Assembly: GCA_038883795.1 (NCBI GenBank)
Contig: JAVZLK010000003.1
Coordinates: 32,001 to 96,000, forward strand
From: Candidatus Bathyarchaeia archaeon
GTDB taxonomy: Archaea; Thermoproteota; Bathyarchaeia; Bathyarchaeales; Bathycorpusculaceae
Length of the DNA: 64,000 bases
Direction: 5' to 3'
Shown here: positions 1-9,269 of the stretch, in pieces
Layout of the letters: each line of letters begins with the position of its first letter
How positions within the stretch are numbered: the first letter of the stretch is position 1
Translations under genes and position numbers: made by a program
Notes under the pieces: model-generated
The model's input: only the letters and a program-made list of their open reading frames with translations
What the model was told of the DNA's origin: nothing
Database searches by the model: none

Positions 1-350
1 ACAGAGATCTAATAGTATGGAAAACATTGACAAAAACTCCCGACGAATACGAGGTTAAGGCTTCCCATGTAGAGGCTGCCAAAATGTTGATGGAGAAGGG
101 CTGGAAACTTTCCGTAGGCGACAAAATTGGCTATGTGGTTGTTGTTGGCTCCGGACGCTTGTATGAGCGTGTTAAGCCCTACATGTTTGCTTCTTATGAT
201 GAGGTGGATATGGAATATTACGTGTCAAAGCAGATTGTCCCCGCAGCAGCCAGAGTACTCGAAAGCTTCGGCATAACAGAAGAAGAACTGCTAAGCTCAA
301 AAATGGAAGAAAAAGAAAATAGAAAGCTAACAGACTTCTTCGGAGCTTAA
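1..350 (+). CDS. polB: Family B DNA polymerase, C-terminal fragment (gene begins before the window)
   Basis: Open frame from the window edge; PolB thumb motifs (GDKIGYVVV, YDEVDMEYYVSKQIVPAAARVL) and a C-terminal PCNA-binding PIP-like motif NRKLTDFF. Confidence 0.9.
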   Translation, partial: RDLIVWKTLTKTPDEYEVKASHVEAAKMLMEKGWKLSVGDKIGYVVVVGSGRLYERVKPYMFASYDEVDMEYYVSKQIVPAAARVLESFGITEEELLSSKMEEKENRKLTDFFGA

Positions 351-357
351 CTTGCCT

Positions 358-1524
358 TTATTCCTTTGGTGTTTCGATGTCTGAAAATGTTAGTAGTTGA
401 ACGTTTAACGGAGGCTTAACAGCGTCTGATATGCGTGAGGCAATGATGTTTTTTATGTTTTTCTCGCTTGCCACGTCAACAATTCTTTGGGTTATAATTC
501 CATCGAATATGACCGTGTTTACGCCTTCTGTTTGCTGAAGTTTTTCGGCGAGTTGGCTTACTGGCAATCGCTCTATCTGCTCCAACTTCTCATTTAACAA
601 GATAGCCTCTAATGTTCCCTCCAAGCCCTTCGCTAATTGGGCGATTTCCTTCGGAACCTCAATTTTGTGTTTCTCTCTTCTTGGTAGTTTTAGCGCTTCT
701 TCTATTGGAACCTTTGCTTCTAAAGCCTCAAAAATTTCCTTACAGTTTAACTCTTCAACCTCTTTTCCCCTTGGGGCTCTGGCAACATACTTGACGTTTG
801 TTACTTGCATTAGCTCTTTAAGGATTAGGTCTCCGCCTCTATCACCGTCAAGAAGAGCAGTTGCCTCCTTCTCTTTTGAGAGTCTCTTTATTGTTTCTGG
901 AACCTTTGCTCCTTCAAGGGCTATTACGTTGAGCATTCCGCAGCGCATGAGGTTTATTACGTCTGCCCTTCCCTCAACAATAATTATCTCCTTAGAACTG
1001 TCAACTTCTGGTCCAGCGGACAACTCTTCCGGCCCATATTTTTCAACCTTCACAGCTTTCAGAGTTTCTGCAACTTCTTTGAAGACTTCGTCCACTGATG
1101 GCATGGTTTCGATGGTCCATTTGTGGAGAATCTCCTTTGCTCTGTCGATTATCACTTTTCTTCTGGCTTCTCTTACGTCTTCAATTTTTTCTAGGGTTAC
1201 TTTTGAGGCGCAGGGTCCAACGCGGTTTATGCTTTCTATGCTTGCTGCAATTAGGGCTGTGGAAACCCTATCTAGGCTTGTGGGTATGGTTATTGTGCCA
1301 GTAGTCCTATCATTTTTAGAATGAAGTTCAATTTCTATTCTTCCGATTCTGCCGGATTTTTGCAGTTCTCTTAAGTCGAGTTCTGGTCCGAATAAGCCTT
1401 CTGTTTGTCCGAAAACTGCTCCTATAACGTCTGGTTTTTCAACTACGCCTTCTATTTCGAATTTTGCGTGGATGACATACTTTATGGTAAACGTTTGTGA
1501 TGAACCCGTAAGCGTCACCTCCAA
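358..1524 (-). CDS. dnaG: Archaeal DnaG (TOPRIM; exosome-associated primase-like protein); true start uncertain (see findings)
   Basis: GVVEKPDVIGAVFGQTEGL, ELQKSGRIGRI, IIVEGRADV and LDGDRGG motifs. Confidence 0.95.
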   Translation of the reverse strand: MEVTLTGSSQTFTIKYVIHAKFEIEGVVEKPDVIGAVFGQTEGLFGPELDLRELQKSGRIGRIEIELHSKNDRTTGTITIPTSLDRVSTALIAASIESINRVGPCASKVTLEKIEDVREARRKVIIDRAKEILHKWTIETMPSVDEVFKEVAETLKAVKVEKYGPEELSAGPEVDSSKEIIIVEGRADVINLMRCGMLNVIALEGAKVPETIKRLSKEKEATALLDGDRGGDLILKELMQVTNVKYVARAPRGKEVEELNCKEIFEALEAKVPIEEALKLPRREKHKIEVPKEIAQLAKGLEGTLEAILLNEKLEQIERLPVSQLAEKLQQTEGVNTVIFDGIITQRIVDVASEKNIKNIIASRISDAVKPPLNVQLLTFSDIETPKE

Positions 1525-1546
1525 CTGATTTGTAAAGGGTTAGTTT

Positions 1547-1590
1547 AATCACGTGATGAGAGTGATTTTCGCTCTCAATTTCACATGATT
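1547..1590 (-). promoter_or_regulatory. Long imperfect inverted repeat/hairpin in the dnaG 5' region
   Basis: Minus strand AATCATGTGA-aat-TGAGAG...CTCTCA-TCACGTGATT: 10-bp plus 6-bp stems with a 3-nt bulge. Confidence 0.5.
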
Positions 1591-1614
1591 GTTAACTTGG
1601 GCTCTTTATTACTT

Positions 1615-2031
1615 TTATGAATTATTAATCTTCTTCTTTAAGGTTTCTATGTATGTGGCTAAACCTTCAACATCCTTCAACTCTTTGCCCGCAAGCCCCA
1701 AAAGTTCACTCCAAAACCGTAGATTAACCTCTACTCCCATTTTTTCTATATGTTTTACTAGATTTTTTGTTAGTTCTTTTCCTCTCCTGTCAAAATCCAA
1801 CAATAAGATGACTTTTTGCGTTTTAGTTTTTTCTAATTCTGAAATGATGTCTAAAAGGCGTTTGCCGCCTGTTTTTGCTGATATTATCTTGCCTTCCACA
1901 TTAAGCGCTTTTAGGGCTTCTATGTCCTTTTTTCCTTCCACGATTATTGGTGTTCCTTTTTGGTTTTCTTGGGCTAATTGTTCCAGAATTTGCAGAATTT
2001 TCTCCTCTTTTTCTTTAAGATGGGCTAACAA
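1615..2031 (-). CDS. Small stand-alone TOPRIM-domain protein
   Basis: IIVEGKKD and LLLDFDRRG TOPRIM motifs in 138 aa. Confidence 0.85.
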   Translation of the reverse strand: MLAHLKEKEEKILQILEQLAQENQKGTPIIVEGKKDIEALKALNVEGKIISAKTGGKRLLDIISELEKTKTQKVILLLDFDRRGKELTKNLVKHIEKMGVEVNLRFWSELLGLAGKELKDVEGLATYIETLKKKINNS

Positions 2032-2036
2032 AATTT

Positions 2037-3113
2037 TTACCTTGTCACTTCAGCCTTTTTCACGATTTCTAGGCATTCTTTTGCTTCTTTGTCTGTTTCA
2101 AAGTATTTTCTGATTGGTTCTAGGAGTTTTGCTATTTCCTTTGCCACCGCATTTTTAAGGTCTTGGGGGTGCACTTCGCCATTTCTGTAAGCCCTTTCTA
2201 ACGCTTCGTAGCTTTCGAATTGGGTTGTTCCTCCGAATTTTGCTGGTCTTTCTATTTGGAAGGCTTCTTTTTCGTGGAATATTATGTATTTCACTATTTC
2301 CAGAATCGGGTTTGCCTCAATTTGTTTTTCTGGGCACCATGCCTTCTGCAGTTTCGCTCTTATCTGTTCTTCTGTGTCGTGGATGAATATGGCTGTCCAA
2401 GGTTTTGACTTGCTCATTTTGCTTGCTATAACCTGTTCCAGTTTGTCCTTTGACTTTAGTTCCACTGGTTTTGCAATTCCCATTAGGAGGTGGTGGTGGA
2501 CCGCCACGGGTTTTTTCCATCCCATTTTTGGGAAAATTTCTCTCGCTAAGACGTGGGCTTTTCTTTGGTCCATTCCGCCGTGGGGTATGTCTGCGCCTAT
2601 TTCTTTTATGTCTACGGCTTGCATGGGCGGATAAAAGTATTGCGAGAGGTCAAGTTTTTCGTGTTCGCTTCTTCCCATTATCGTCATACATCTTAGGCTT
2701 CTTGCAATTGTCATGTGCTTAGAGAATTTGATGACGTTTCTCCAATACTCAAGATTTTTGCTATATAATTCTGAACCTAAAACAGTCTTTACTCCTGGAC
2801 AGAAAAATTTGAACGCTTTCTCATAATATTTTGCTGCTTTCAGAATCTTATCCCAGTCTCCGCCGAACTTGTCGTTGATGAAGCTGTGCCAATCCGCAAG
2901 ATAGGCTTGGCATTTTATTCCAGCTTTTATGAAATCGTTTATTTTGAAACCAGAAATGACAAGGTTTCCCAGATGGAGTAAGCCTGAAATTTCAAAGCCT
3001 ATGTAATGTCCGGGATGCTCGTTTGTTTCTAAAAGTTCCCTTAACTCTTCTTCTACGAGGATTTCTTCTGTGGGTGGCTTTTTGATTAGGTCAATTTTTG
3101 TTTCTATATCCAA
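2037..3113 (-). CDS. tyrS: Tyrosine--tRNA ligase
   Basis: YIGFEISGLLHLG (HIGH), YPPMQAVD, GGMDQRKAH, KMSKS. Confidence 0.96.
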   Translation of the reverse strand: MDIETKIDLIKKPPTEEILVEEELRELLETNEHPGHYIGFEISGLLHLGNLVISGFKINDFIKAGIKCQAYLADWHSFINDKFGGDWDKILKAAKYYEKAFKFFCPGVKTVLGSELYSKNLEYWRNVIKFSKHMTIARSLRCMTIMGRSEHEKLDLSQYFYPPMQAVDIKEIGADIPHGGMDQRKAHVLAREIFPKMGWKKPVAVHHHLLMGIAKPVELKSKDKLEQVIASKMSKSKPWTAIFIHDTEEQIRAKLQKAWCPEKQIEANPILEIVKYIIFHEKEAFQIERPAKFGGTTQFESYEALERAYRNGEVHPQDLKNAVAKEIAKLLEPIRKYFETDKEAKECLEIVKKAEVTR

Positions 3114-3164
3114 GTCTTACCAAGCCTTCTACATTTTATGCAAAGTGAAACTTAAAAGTTGTTT

Positions 3165-3380
3165 CGCGGGCGTTTGTTTCCCACCTAACCTATCACTTAA
3201 CTTCACCGTGGAGCCTTGCGCTCCTCTTGGTTAAGCTCTCTCCAGTGTGGGATTTTTGCGCCCGCGCCCACCGTGTCTCATGCTTGGGTAAACCCGCCTT
3301 CAATGGCTTTTCGCCTTTGTTGGGTCCGTCTGCATGAATTTTCCGGTGGGATTGCATTAGGCTCGTTAAGGGTCATCGCC
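3165..3380 (-). ncRNA. Unassigned ~216-nt structured RNA with two nested long hairpin domains
   Basis: GC-rich intergenic island. Minus-strand pairings CCCACCG/CGGTGGG, TTCATGC/GCATGAG, CGCGGGCG/CGCCCGCG, TCCCAC/GTGGGA, CTTAAC/GTTAAG, GGAGC/GCTCC; A-rich linkers. Confidence 0.7.
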
Positions 3381-3454
3381 AAAAGTATACAAGTTGTAGG
3401 CGAAAGAAAAGTTTTTCCTTCATTTTCCATATTTAATTGTAGGCTGTTTCCAGC

Positions 3455-4555
3455 ATGAATGAAAACATCAAATTATTAAATTTTCTCCGTCTTTTGCCTA
3501 AGATTGAGTTGCACCGTCATCTCATTGGGTCTATTAAGGTGGAGACACTTTTTGATATCGCAATTAAAAAAGGCATTCCGCTGCCAACTAATGATTTTCA
3601 AAAATTGAAAAATTCAATAGAAATGAGCAAGCCCTGTTCAAATCTACGACAATTTTTGAACCCGTTAAAAATACTCGGACTTTGCTTTTTTGATAAAGAA
3701 ACTGTTGCACGAGTTGCTTGTGAGGTTGTAGAAGACGCTGCAAAAGATAACATAAGATACTTGGAACTTGCAACTGGTCCTGCTTTCGAAGCCTCCTTCC
3801 ATCGTTTATCACTTGAAGAGGTTCTTGAGGGCGTTATAGAAGGGGTGATGAGGGCTGAGGGAAAATATGATATTAAGGTGAATCTGATTGTTGGTCCAAC
3901 CTTTAAGTGGATGGAACGAAAAGCTCATTCACCAGAAGAAGTGTTAGAAGCAGCTTTGAAATATCGGAATAAAGTTGTTGGTTTTGGCTTAGTAGCTGAA
4001 ACTAAGGAAGGCTTACCTTTCTCAAAGTGGGGACAAAAATTACGAAAGAGATACATTGAATTGGCTGGTAAAGCCAAAGATGGCGGTTTAGCCATGGCGG
4101 TTCATGCTGGAGAGGTAGGCGATGCTCAGAGCGTCATGGACGCTGTTAAGCATTTGAAAGCGGACAGGATTGGTCATGGAATAAAGCTTGTTGAGAACTT
4201 GGCTATCTTAGAAAATATTGTTAAGATGAAAATGCCTCTTGAGATTTGTGTATCCAGTAACATCAAAAGTGGAGTTGTTAAAAGTCTTAGGCAACATCCA
4301 GTCAGACGGCTTTGGGAACATGGGGCGCTCATTACGGTTAACACAGACGACCCAACATTATGTAGGACCACATTAACCAAAGAATACAACATTATAATCA
4401 AGAATCTAGGGTTTTCTTACTTCGAACTTAAATTAATTTTTAATGCAATAAACTCTGCATTTTTAATGGAGGATGAAAAAGCCCAACTATGTGAAACGTT
4501 TAAAAGAAGTTTTGCAAAGCTCGAGGAATGCGTCAATTACCAAAGGATATTTTAG
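3455..4555 (+). CDS. add: Adenosine/adenine deaminase family amidohydrolase
   Basis: LPKIELHRHLIGS, VHAGE, RIGHG, EICVSSN and NTDDP metal-binding motifs. Confidence 0.88.
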   Translation: MNENIKLLNFLRLLPKIELHRHLIGSIKVETLFDIAIKKGIPLPTNDFQKLKNSIEMSKPCSNLRQFLNPLKILGLCFFDKETVARVACEVVEDAAKDNIRYLELATGPAFEASFHRLSLEEVLEGVIEGVMRAEGKYDIKVNLIVGPTFKWMERKAHSPEEVLEAALKYRNKVVGFGLVAETKEGLPFSKWGQKLRKRYIELAGKAKDGGLAMAVHAGEVGDAQSVMDAVKHLKADRIGHGIKLVENLAILENIVKMKMPLEICVSSNIKSGVVKSLRQHPVRRLWEHGALITVNTDDPTLCRTTLTKEYNIIIKNLGFSYFELKLIFNAINSAFLMEDEKAQLCETFKRSFAKLEECVNYQRIF

Positions 4556-4649
4556 CTTCTAGCTATTTTTCTGTTCAATGTCTAAAAATCGAGAATTGGA
4601 TTTTCCATGAATTTTTGGTTTATTTTCACGCCAATAGGGACCCTATCCT

Positions 4650-6338
4650 CTAGGTTTTTGCAAAAATTAGGGTTTCCATGTTTATTTCGAAGGCTGCCAC
4701 TGGATTTTCAAGTTTCCACGCTTCCAAAACTTTTGGGTGAATTTCGCCTAAGACGCCAACATTTTTGCCATTCACTATTGCAGCACCCACTCGCCCTTCA
4801 ATGAAGCTTGGATGTTTAGTTTCCCTTATTTGCCATTCAAAACCAAAATTCATGAGAAAAGCATCCAAAACTGATTTTATTTCGCTGAAACTAGCATTTG
4901 CGTGAGAAATAGCCGCTGCAAGCCTTTCTTCATCCCTTGTTTTTGTTTCCCTTTTCTCGTCCAAAAGTGTAACAGTGCCTAACTCGAAGATTTTTTGTGG
5001 ATATTCCACGTGGAGGTTGTTGCTTAGGAATTCCATGAGGCTTGGGAGTAGCCAGTTTCTTAGGCAGGTGAAGGTTTGAACCTTTGGGTTTGCAACTTCA
5101 ACTATCCGAGTTTTCTTGCAGTTCATCCTTGTGAATAGGTTTTCTGGATTCGTCATAGTGTAGGTTAGGACTTCTTGGAATCCTAAGCCAATCATCAACT
5201 CTCTTGCAATATTTAGTAAGCCTTGTTTTGGGTTTGCGCCGCCTGTTGTTGGGAGTTTGCGCCATAGAGGCTTGATTTTATTATAACCGTAGGCTATTGC
5301 TATGTCTTCGACCAAATCTATTGGATGCATCACATCAATTCTGTAACATGGAATTTGCACGATCACCTTACGACTTTCAATCTTTTCTATGCCGAATCGT
5401 GCTTTTGAAAGAAGCTGGGCGATTTGTTTAGCCTTTAACTGTAAACCCAAAACCTTGTTTACATAATCAATATTCAATTCCATAAGCCATGTGTCAAGGT
5501 TAGGCGTAACAACTTTCATGTTTTCATGTGGATAGTGGATAGTGGTTGAGTAGGCTTCTCCTCCACGGTCAATAAGGGATAACGTAACAATTTTCAAAGT
5601 GTTAAGAACAGTTTCATGCATCGTCCCCGTCACTTCGACAAGCACATGCCGTGTTCGCTCCGTTACTCTTCCCAAATCGTTTGAGTTTATTATTGGCGGG
5701 AAGGATAACACGTTCTTTTTTGAGTCTTGGAGTATGGGATAAACTGAATGCTTTTTCACTATATGCCCATATTCTATGCCCTTCGGATGCCGCTCCAAAA
5801 TCTCCTCCAAATTCATCGTTTCTTCAAACCCGAGGGGGACAAAGCTAACCTCAGTTGGTTTGGCAACTCCATAATGAAGCGGCGGCGTTATGAGGCTGAA
5901 GTCGTATAATCCAATGGATGTTCGTTGCCTATTCCTTCCATAAGTCTGGTCCAGTTTGTCTTGCAAATGCATTAATCCACGGATTATTGTGTCTGTTAGT
6001 TTGACGCCTTTAACTATTGAGCAGCCTATGAATGGCCTAATATCCTTCAGCCTTGGATCTACATAAACCTCAATTATTGACTTGTCCACAGCATACGCTT
6101 TTAATCCCTCTTCCAATCCCAGAAAGCCTCGCAAGGTGCGGGTTAAGCCCTCAATGTTCCATATGTCTGGACGGTTCGTATCCTTAATTTCAATGCTCAT
6201 TACGCCTTCTTTTTCGTCGAAAAGTTTCACTTCGCCCTTCACGTAGGCTAGGATTTCATTAAGCCTTTCCATGTCTTTATGGAGTTCTATGCCGAGCATT
6301 CTTTCAAAATCTGCATAATCAATGTCTATTGTTGGCAT
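4650..6338 (-). CDS. pheT: Phenylalanine--tRNA ligase beta subunit
   Basis: NRPD, LSFPPIINS, YRIDVMHPIDLVEDIAIAYGYN, GEIHP; follows pheS. Confidence 0.96.
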   Translation of the reverse strand: MPTIDIDYADFERMLGIELHKDMERLNEILAYVKGEVKLFDEKEGVMSIEIKDTNRPDIWNIEGLTRTLRGFLGLEEGLKAYAVDKSIIEVYVDPRLKDIRPFIGCSIVKGVKLTDTIIRGLMHLQDKLDQTYGRNRQRTSIGLYDFSLITPPLHYGVAKPTEVSFVPLGFEETMNLEEILERHPKGIEYGHIVKKHSVYPILQDSKKNVLSFPPIINSNDLGRVTERTRHVLVEVTGTMHETVLNTLKIVTLSLIDRGGEAYSTTIHYPHENMKVVTPNLDTWLMELNIDYVNKVLGLQLKAKQIAQLLSKARFGIEKIESRKVIVQIPCYRIDVMHPIDLVEDIAIAYGYNKIKPLWRKLPTTGGANPKQGLLNIARELMIGLGFQEVLTYTMTNPENLFTRMNCKKTRIVEVANPKVQTFTCLRNWLLPSLMEFLSNNLHVEYPQKIFELGTVTLLDEKRETKTRDEERLAAAISHANASFSEIKSVLDAFLMNFGFEWQIRETKHPSFIEGRVGAAIVNGKNVGVLGEIHPKVLEAWKLENPVAAFEINMETLIFAKT

Positions 6339-6339
6339 C

Positions 6340-7851
6340 CTAAACCACCTTTTTCCTCCTTATCCAGTCCAAATCGTAAGTGAAAATTTGGCGGATGTCA
6401 TCTATCCCCGCCTTCATCATGAATAAGCGGTCAATGCCTAAACCCCAAGCGATGACTGGCACATCAACACCTAATGGCAAAGTAACCTCTGGTCTAAAAA
6501 TGCCAGAACCCCCAAACTCAATCCACCCATAACCCTTCTTGTAGGCGCTCAATTCAACACTTGGCTCTGTGAAGGGGAAATAGTCAGGTCTAAATTTGAC
6601 CTCATCAGCCCCAGCAATTTCAATGGCAAATTTTTCTAAAACGCCCAAGAGGTCTCTAAGGGTTAAATCCTTATCCACAACTATGCCCTCCACTTGGTTG
6701 AATTCTGTAAGATGCGTCTTATCCACAACCTCTGGTCTATAACAGCGCACAATCGAGAAATAGCGCCCCGGAATCTCCAAATCCTTGCTTAAGAGAGTTC
6801 TGGCGCTTAGGCATGTTCCATGACCCCGAAGGATTAGGCGCCTAGCCTCCTTCAAAGAGTAGCGGTATCCCCATCCCTTGGAACCAGTTTTCCAACCGTT
6901 TTCATGGGTTTCCTTAACATTTTTTAAAACATGCCTACTGGCGTTTATGCTGCCATATTTTGGCGATTTCACAAAGTATATGCCGAAAATTTCTCGGGCT
7001 GGATGGTCTTGCGGCGTATACAAGGCGTCGAAATTGAAGAAGGACGTTTCCACCGTTGGGCCTGTCATCTCCTTAAATCCCAAAGTGACAAGCTTTTCTT
7101 TCACTTCGTCCAAAAATTGCAGATAAGGATGCTTCTTGCCAGGCCAAGTTTTTGCCACCGGAGCTTCTATATTGTATTTTTGAAGCTTTATTTTTCGCCA
7201 TTTTCCGCTGATGATAAGCTCTGGCGTTAGTTGGGTTATTTCCGCAGCAACTTTCACCCCTTTCTTTACTGCTTTCCATCCAGCTTCCTCCAAAACTATA
7301 ATTCTTTTCGCCTTTTCTTCTGTTTCGAGAAGCTTTCGCCTTTTCAGAATTTGAATAGTTTTTTGAAGTTCTGGACTTAAATTCTCGATCACTTCTTGTC
7401 CTTTTCTATCCAAAATTTTCAAAAGTCTTTCGTCATCCCCTTCTTTTGGTTTTTCCAGCATCTGTAAAGTATTCGCCTTTGTATCTAGCACCGCCCAATG
7501 TTTTTTCTGAATCCAGCCTAAGGCTATAGGTATGAAATGCCTTTCTAAATTGGCTTTTTCAACAACTTTTTCTATAGGAGCTTTCTTGCCAAGCTCTTCT
7601 AAAGCATTTGTTAAGCGTCTTTCTGGCAAGCCCTTTTTCGCGTGAAATTTTCCTTCTTCATTAAGCTTGACTATTGTTTGTTTTTCTTCGTGAATTTTCA
7701 AAAGTTTCCTTTCTTGCAATGCCAAAGCCGCCCGCATAACAGCCGCATCTGAAAGCCCACTCTTAGCCATTATTTGTTCTATTGAAGCTTTTCCATCAAG
7801 CTTTTTTAGGCTTAAAAGCAGTTTATACTCTTGTTCTCTAAGCTTAACCAT
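6340..7851 (-). CDS. pheS: Phenylalanine--tRNA ligase alpha subunit
   Basis: FNFDALYTPQDHPARE, HLTEFNQVEG, YFPFTEPS, GSGIFRPE, WGLGIDRL. Confidence 0.97.
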   Translation of the reverse strand: MVKLREQEYKLLLSLKKLDGKASIEQIMAKSGLSDAAVMRAALALQERKLLKIHEEKQTIVKLNEEGKFHAKKGLPERRLTNALEELGKKAPIEKVVEKANLERHFIPIALGWIQKKHWAVLDTKANTLQMLEKPKEGDDERLLKILDRKGQEVIENLSPELQKTIQILKRRKLLETEEKAKRIIVLEEAGWKAVKKGVKVAAEITQLTPELIISGKWRKIKLQKYNIEAPVAKTWPGKKHPYLQFLDEVKEKLVTLGFKEMTGPTVETSFFNFDALYTPQDHPAREIFGIYFVKSPKYGSINASRHVLKNVKETHENGWKTGSKGWGYRYSLKEARRLILRGHGTCLSARTLLSKDLEIPGRYFSIVRCYRPEVVDKTHLTEFNQVEGIVVDKDLTLRDLLGVLEKFAIEIAGADEVKFRPDYFPFTEPSVELSAYKKGYGWIEFGGSGIFRPEVTLPLGVDVPVIAWGLGIDRLFMMKAGIDDIRQIFTYDLDWIRRKKVV

Positions 7852-8125
7852 GATTTTTCCCCTCGTGAGTTTGAGCGGTTATGCTTCGTATTGTAGTTGT
7901 TTCAGTTTTAATAAAACTATGCATGAGCCACGCTATATTATCCACAGAAAAAGCATGGTGCCTTAAGTAAATTGGCGAGGCATCCCTTCACCAACAGCAC
8001 AATAACCAAACGAAGAAATCATATTTATAGCTTATTCCCCGACAGCATTTTAACTGCAGAATCACACAAAACTTAATACGTTTTTCATGAATTTTATAAA
8101 GAGCTAAAACGCAGGCGGCATCGAA

Positions 8126-9256
8126 TTGGCTGAAAAAAACAAGAATGAAATGATTGTTACTCCCTGGGAAGTTAGAGGCAAAGTGGACTATGAACGTTTA
8201 ATAAGGGACTTCGGCACCCAACCCCTAACAGAAGAACTGCTCCAAAGACTACAAAAACACACCGGCGAACTTCACCTCCAGTTGCGAAGAGGTCTATTCT
8301 TTTCCCATAGGGATTTAGATGTTGTTTTAGACTTGTATGAGAAGGGAACAAAATTTATCTTATATACGGGCAGGGGCCCTTCTGGTCCAGTTCATATTGG
8401 GCATCTTATTCCATGGATTTTTACGAAATACTTGCAGGACAAGTTTAAGACTAGGCTTTATTTTCAGATGACTGATGACGAAAAATTCTTGGTAGAAGAT
8501 GAATTGAAGCTTAAGGATACTAGAAATTTTGCTTACGAAAACGCTCTAGATTTAATTGCTTTAGGCTTTGAACCAGAAGATACGTATATAATCTTTGATG
8601 TTGAAGACATCGGCTTACTTTATGATATTGCCTTAGAAGTGGCGAAACGCATAACCTACTCCACAGCCAGAGCCACCTTCGGATTCCAAGAAAGCACAAA
8701 CATTGGTTGGATATTCTGGCCAGCCATCCAGGCGGTTCCATGCTTCATACATGTAAAGTTGACTGGCGAAAATGTTCCAGCCTTAATTCCAGCAGCCATA
8801 GACCAAGACCCATATTGGAGGGTAACCCGAGACATAGCCCAAAAACTTGGCTACTACAAACCAGCTCAAATTCACTGTCGCTTTTTGCCCGGGTTAGGTG
8901 TTGGCGGAAAAATGAGCGCTTCAGAACCCGAAACATCCATATTCGTTGTAGACCCGCCAGATGTTGTGAAAAGGAAAATTTGGAATGCCTTCACTGGTGG
9001 TAAAGCAACGGTTGAAGAACAGCGAAAGCTTGGCGGCGAACCAGAAATCTGCACCGTTTTCCAATACTTCACCTTCCTATTTGAGGAAAATGACAAAAAA
9101 TTGGCTGAAAGAAGGGAGAAATGCAAGAAAGGCGAAATTTTGTGTGGCGAATGCAAAACAGAATTGACGGAAAGGGTTAACAAATTCTTAATTGAGCACA
9201 GAAAGAAAAGGGAGAAAGCAAGAAATATTATAGATAAATTTCATCTTAAACGCTAA
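8126..9256 (+). CDS. trpS: Tryptophan--tRNA ligase
   Basis: VTPW, YTGRGPS...HIGH, QMTDDEK, AIDQDPY, KMSAS. Confidence 0.97.
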   Translation: MAEKNKNEMIVTPWEVRGKVDYERLIRDFGTQPLTEELLQRLQKHTGELHLQLRRGLFFSHRDLDVVLDLYEKGTKFILYTGRGPSGPVHIGHLIPWIFTKYLQDKFKTRLYFQMTDDEKFLVEDELKLKDTRNFAYENALDLIALGFEPEDTYIIFDVEDIGLLYDIALEVAKRITYSTARATFGFQESTNIGWIFWPAIQAVPCFIHVKLTGENVPALIPAAIDQDPYWRVTRDIAQKLGYYKPAQIHCRFLPGLGVGGKMSASEPETSIFVVDPPDVVKRKIWNAFTGGKATVEEQRKLGGEPEICTVFQYFTFLFEENDKKLAERREKCKKGEILCGECKTELTERVNKFLIEHRKKREKARNIIDKFHLKR

Positions 9257-9269
9257 AAGGGTGTTGTAA

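Noticed and set aside
1547-1590. Hairpin as an archaeal SECIS element
   Set aside because: Lacks the GAA/A internal loop followed by a short GC helix, and neighbouring genes show no in-frame TGA at a Cys position.
665-2113. Long plus-strand ORFs (219 aa and 174 aa) and similar antisense ORFs throughout the window
   Set aside because: Ser/Phe/Leu-rich shadows of well-supported genes on the opposite strand.
3165-3380. Structured RNA as RNase P, SRP RNA, T-box or H/ACA guide
   Set aside because: No GAGGAA..UCC P4 motif, no SRP helix 8 (CAGG..GGAA..AGCA), no GGTGGNACCGCG T-box. An ACA follows the last stem, but the would-be pocket is almost all A and there is no clear K-turn.
3216-3458. 80-aa ORF on the plus strand
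   Set aside because: Antisense to the structured RNA and has no protein-like motifs.
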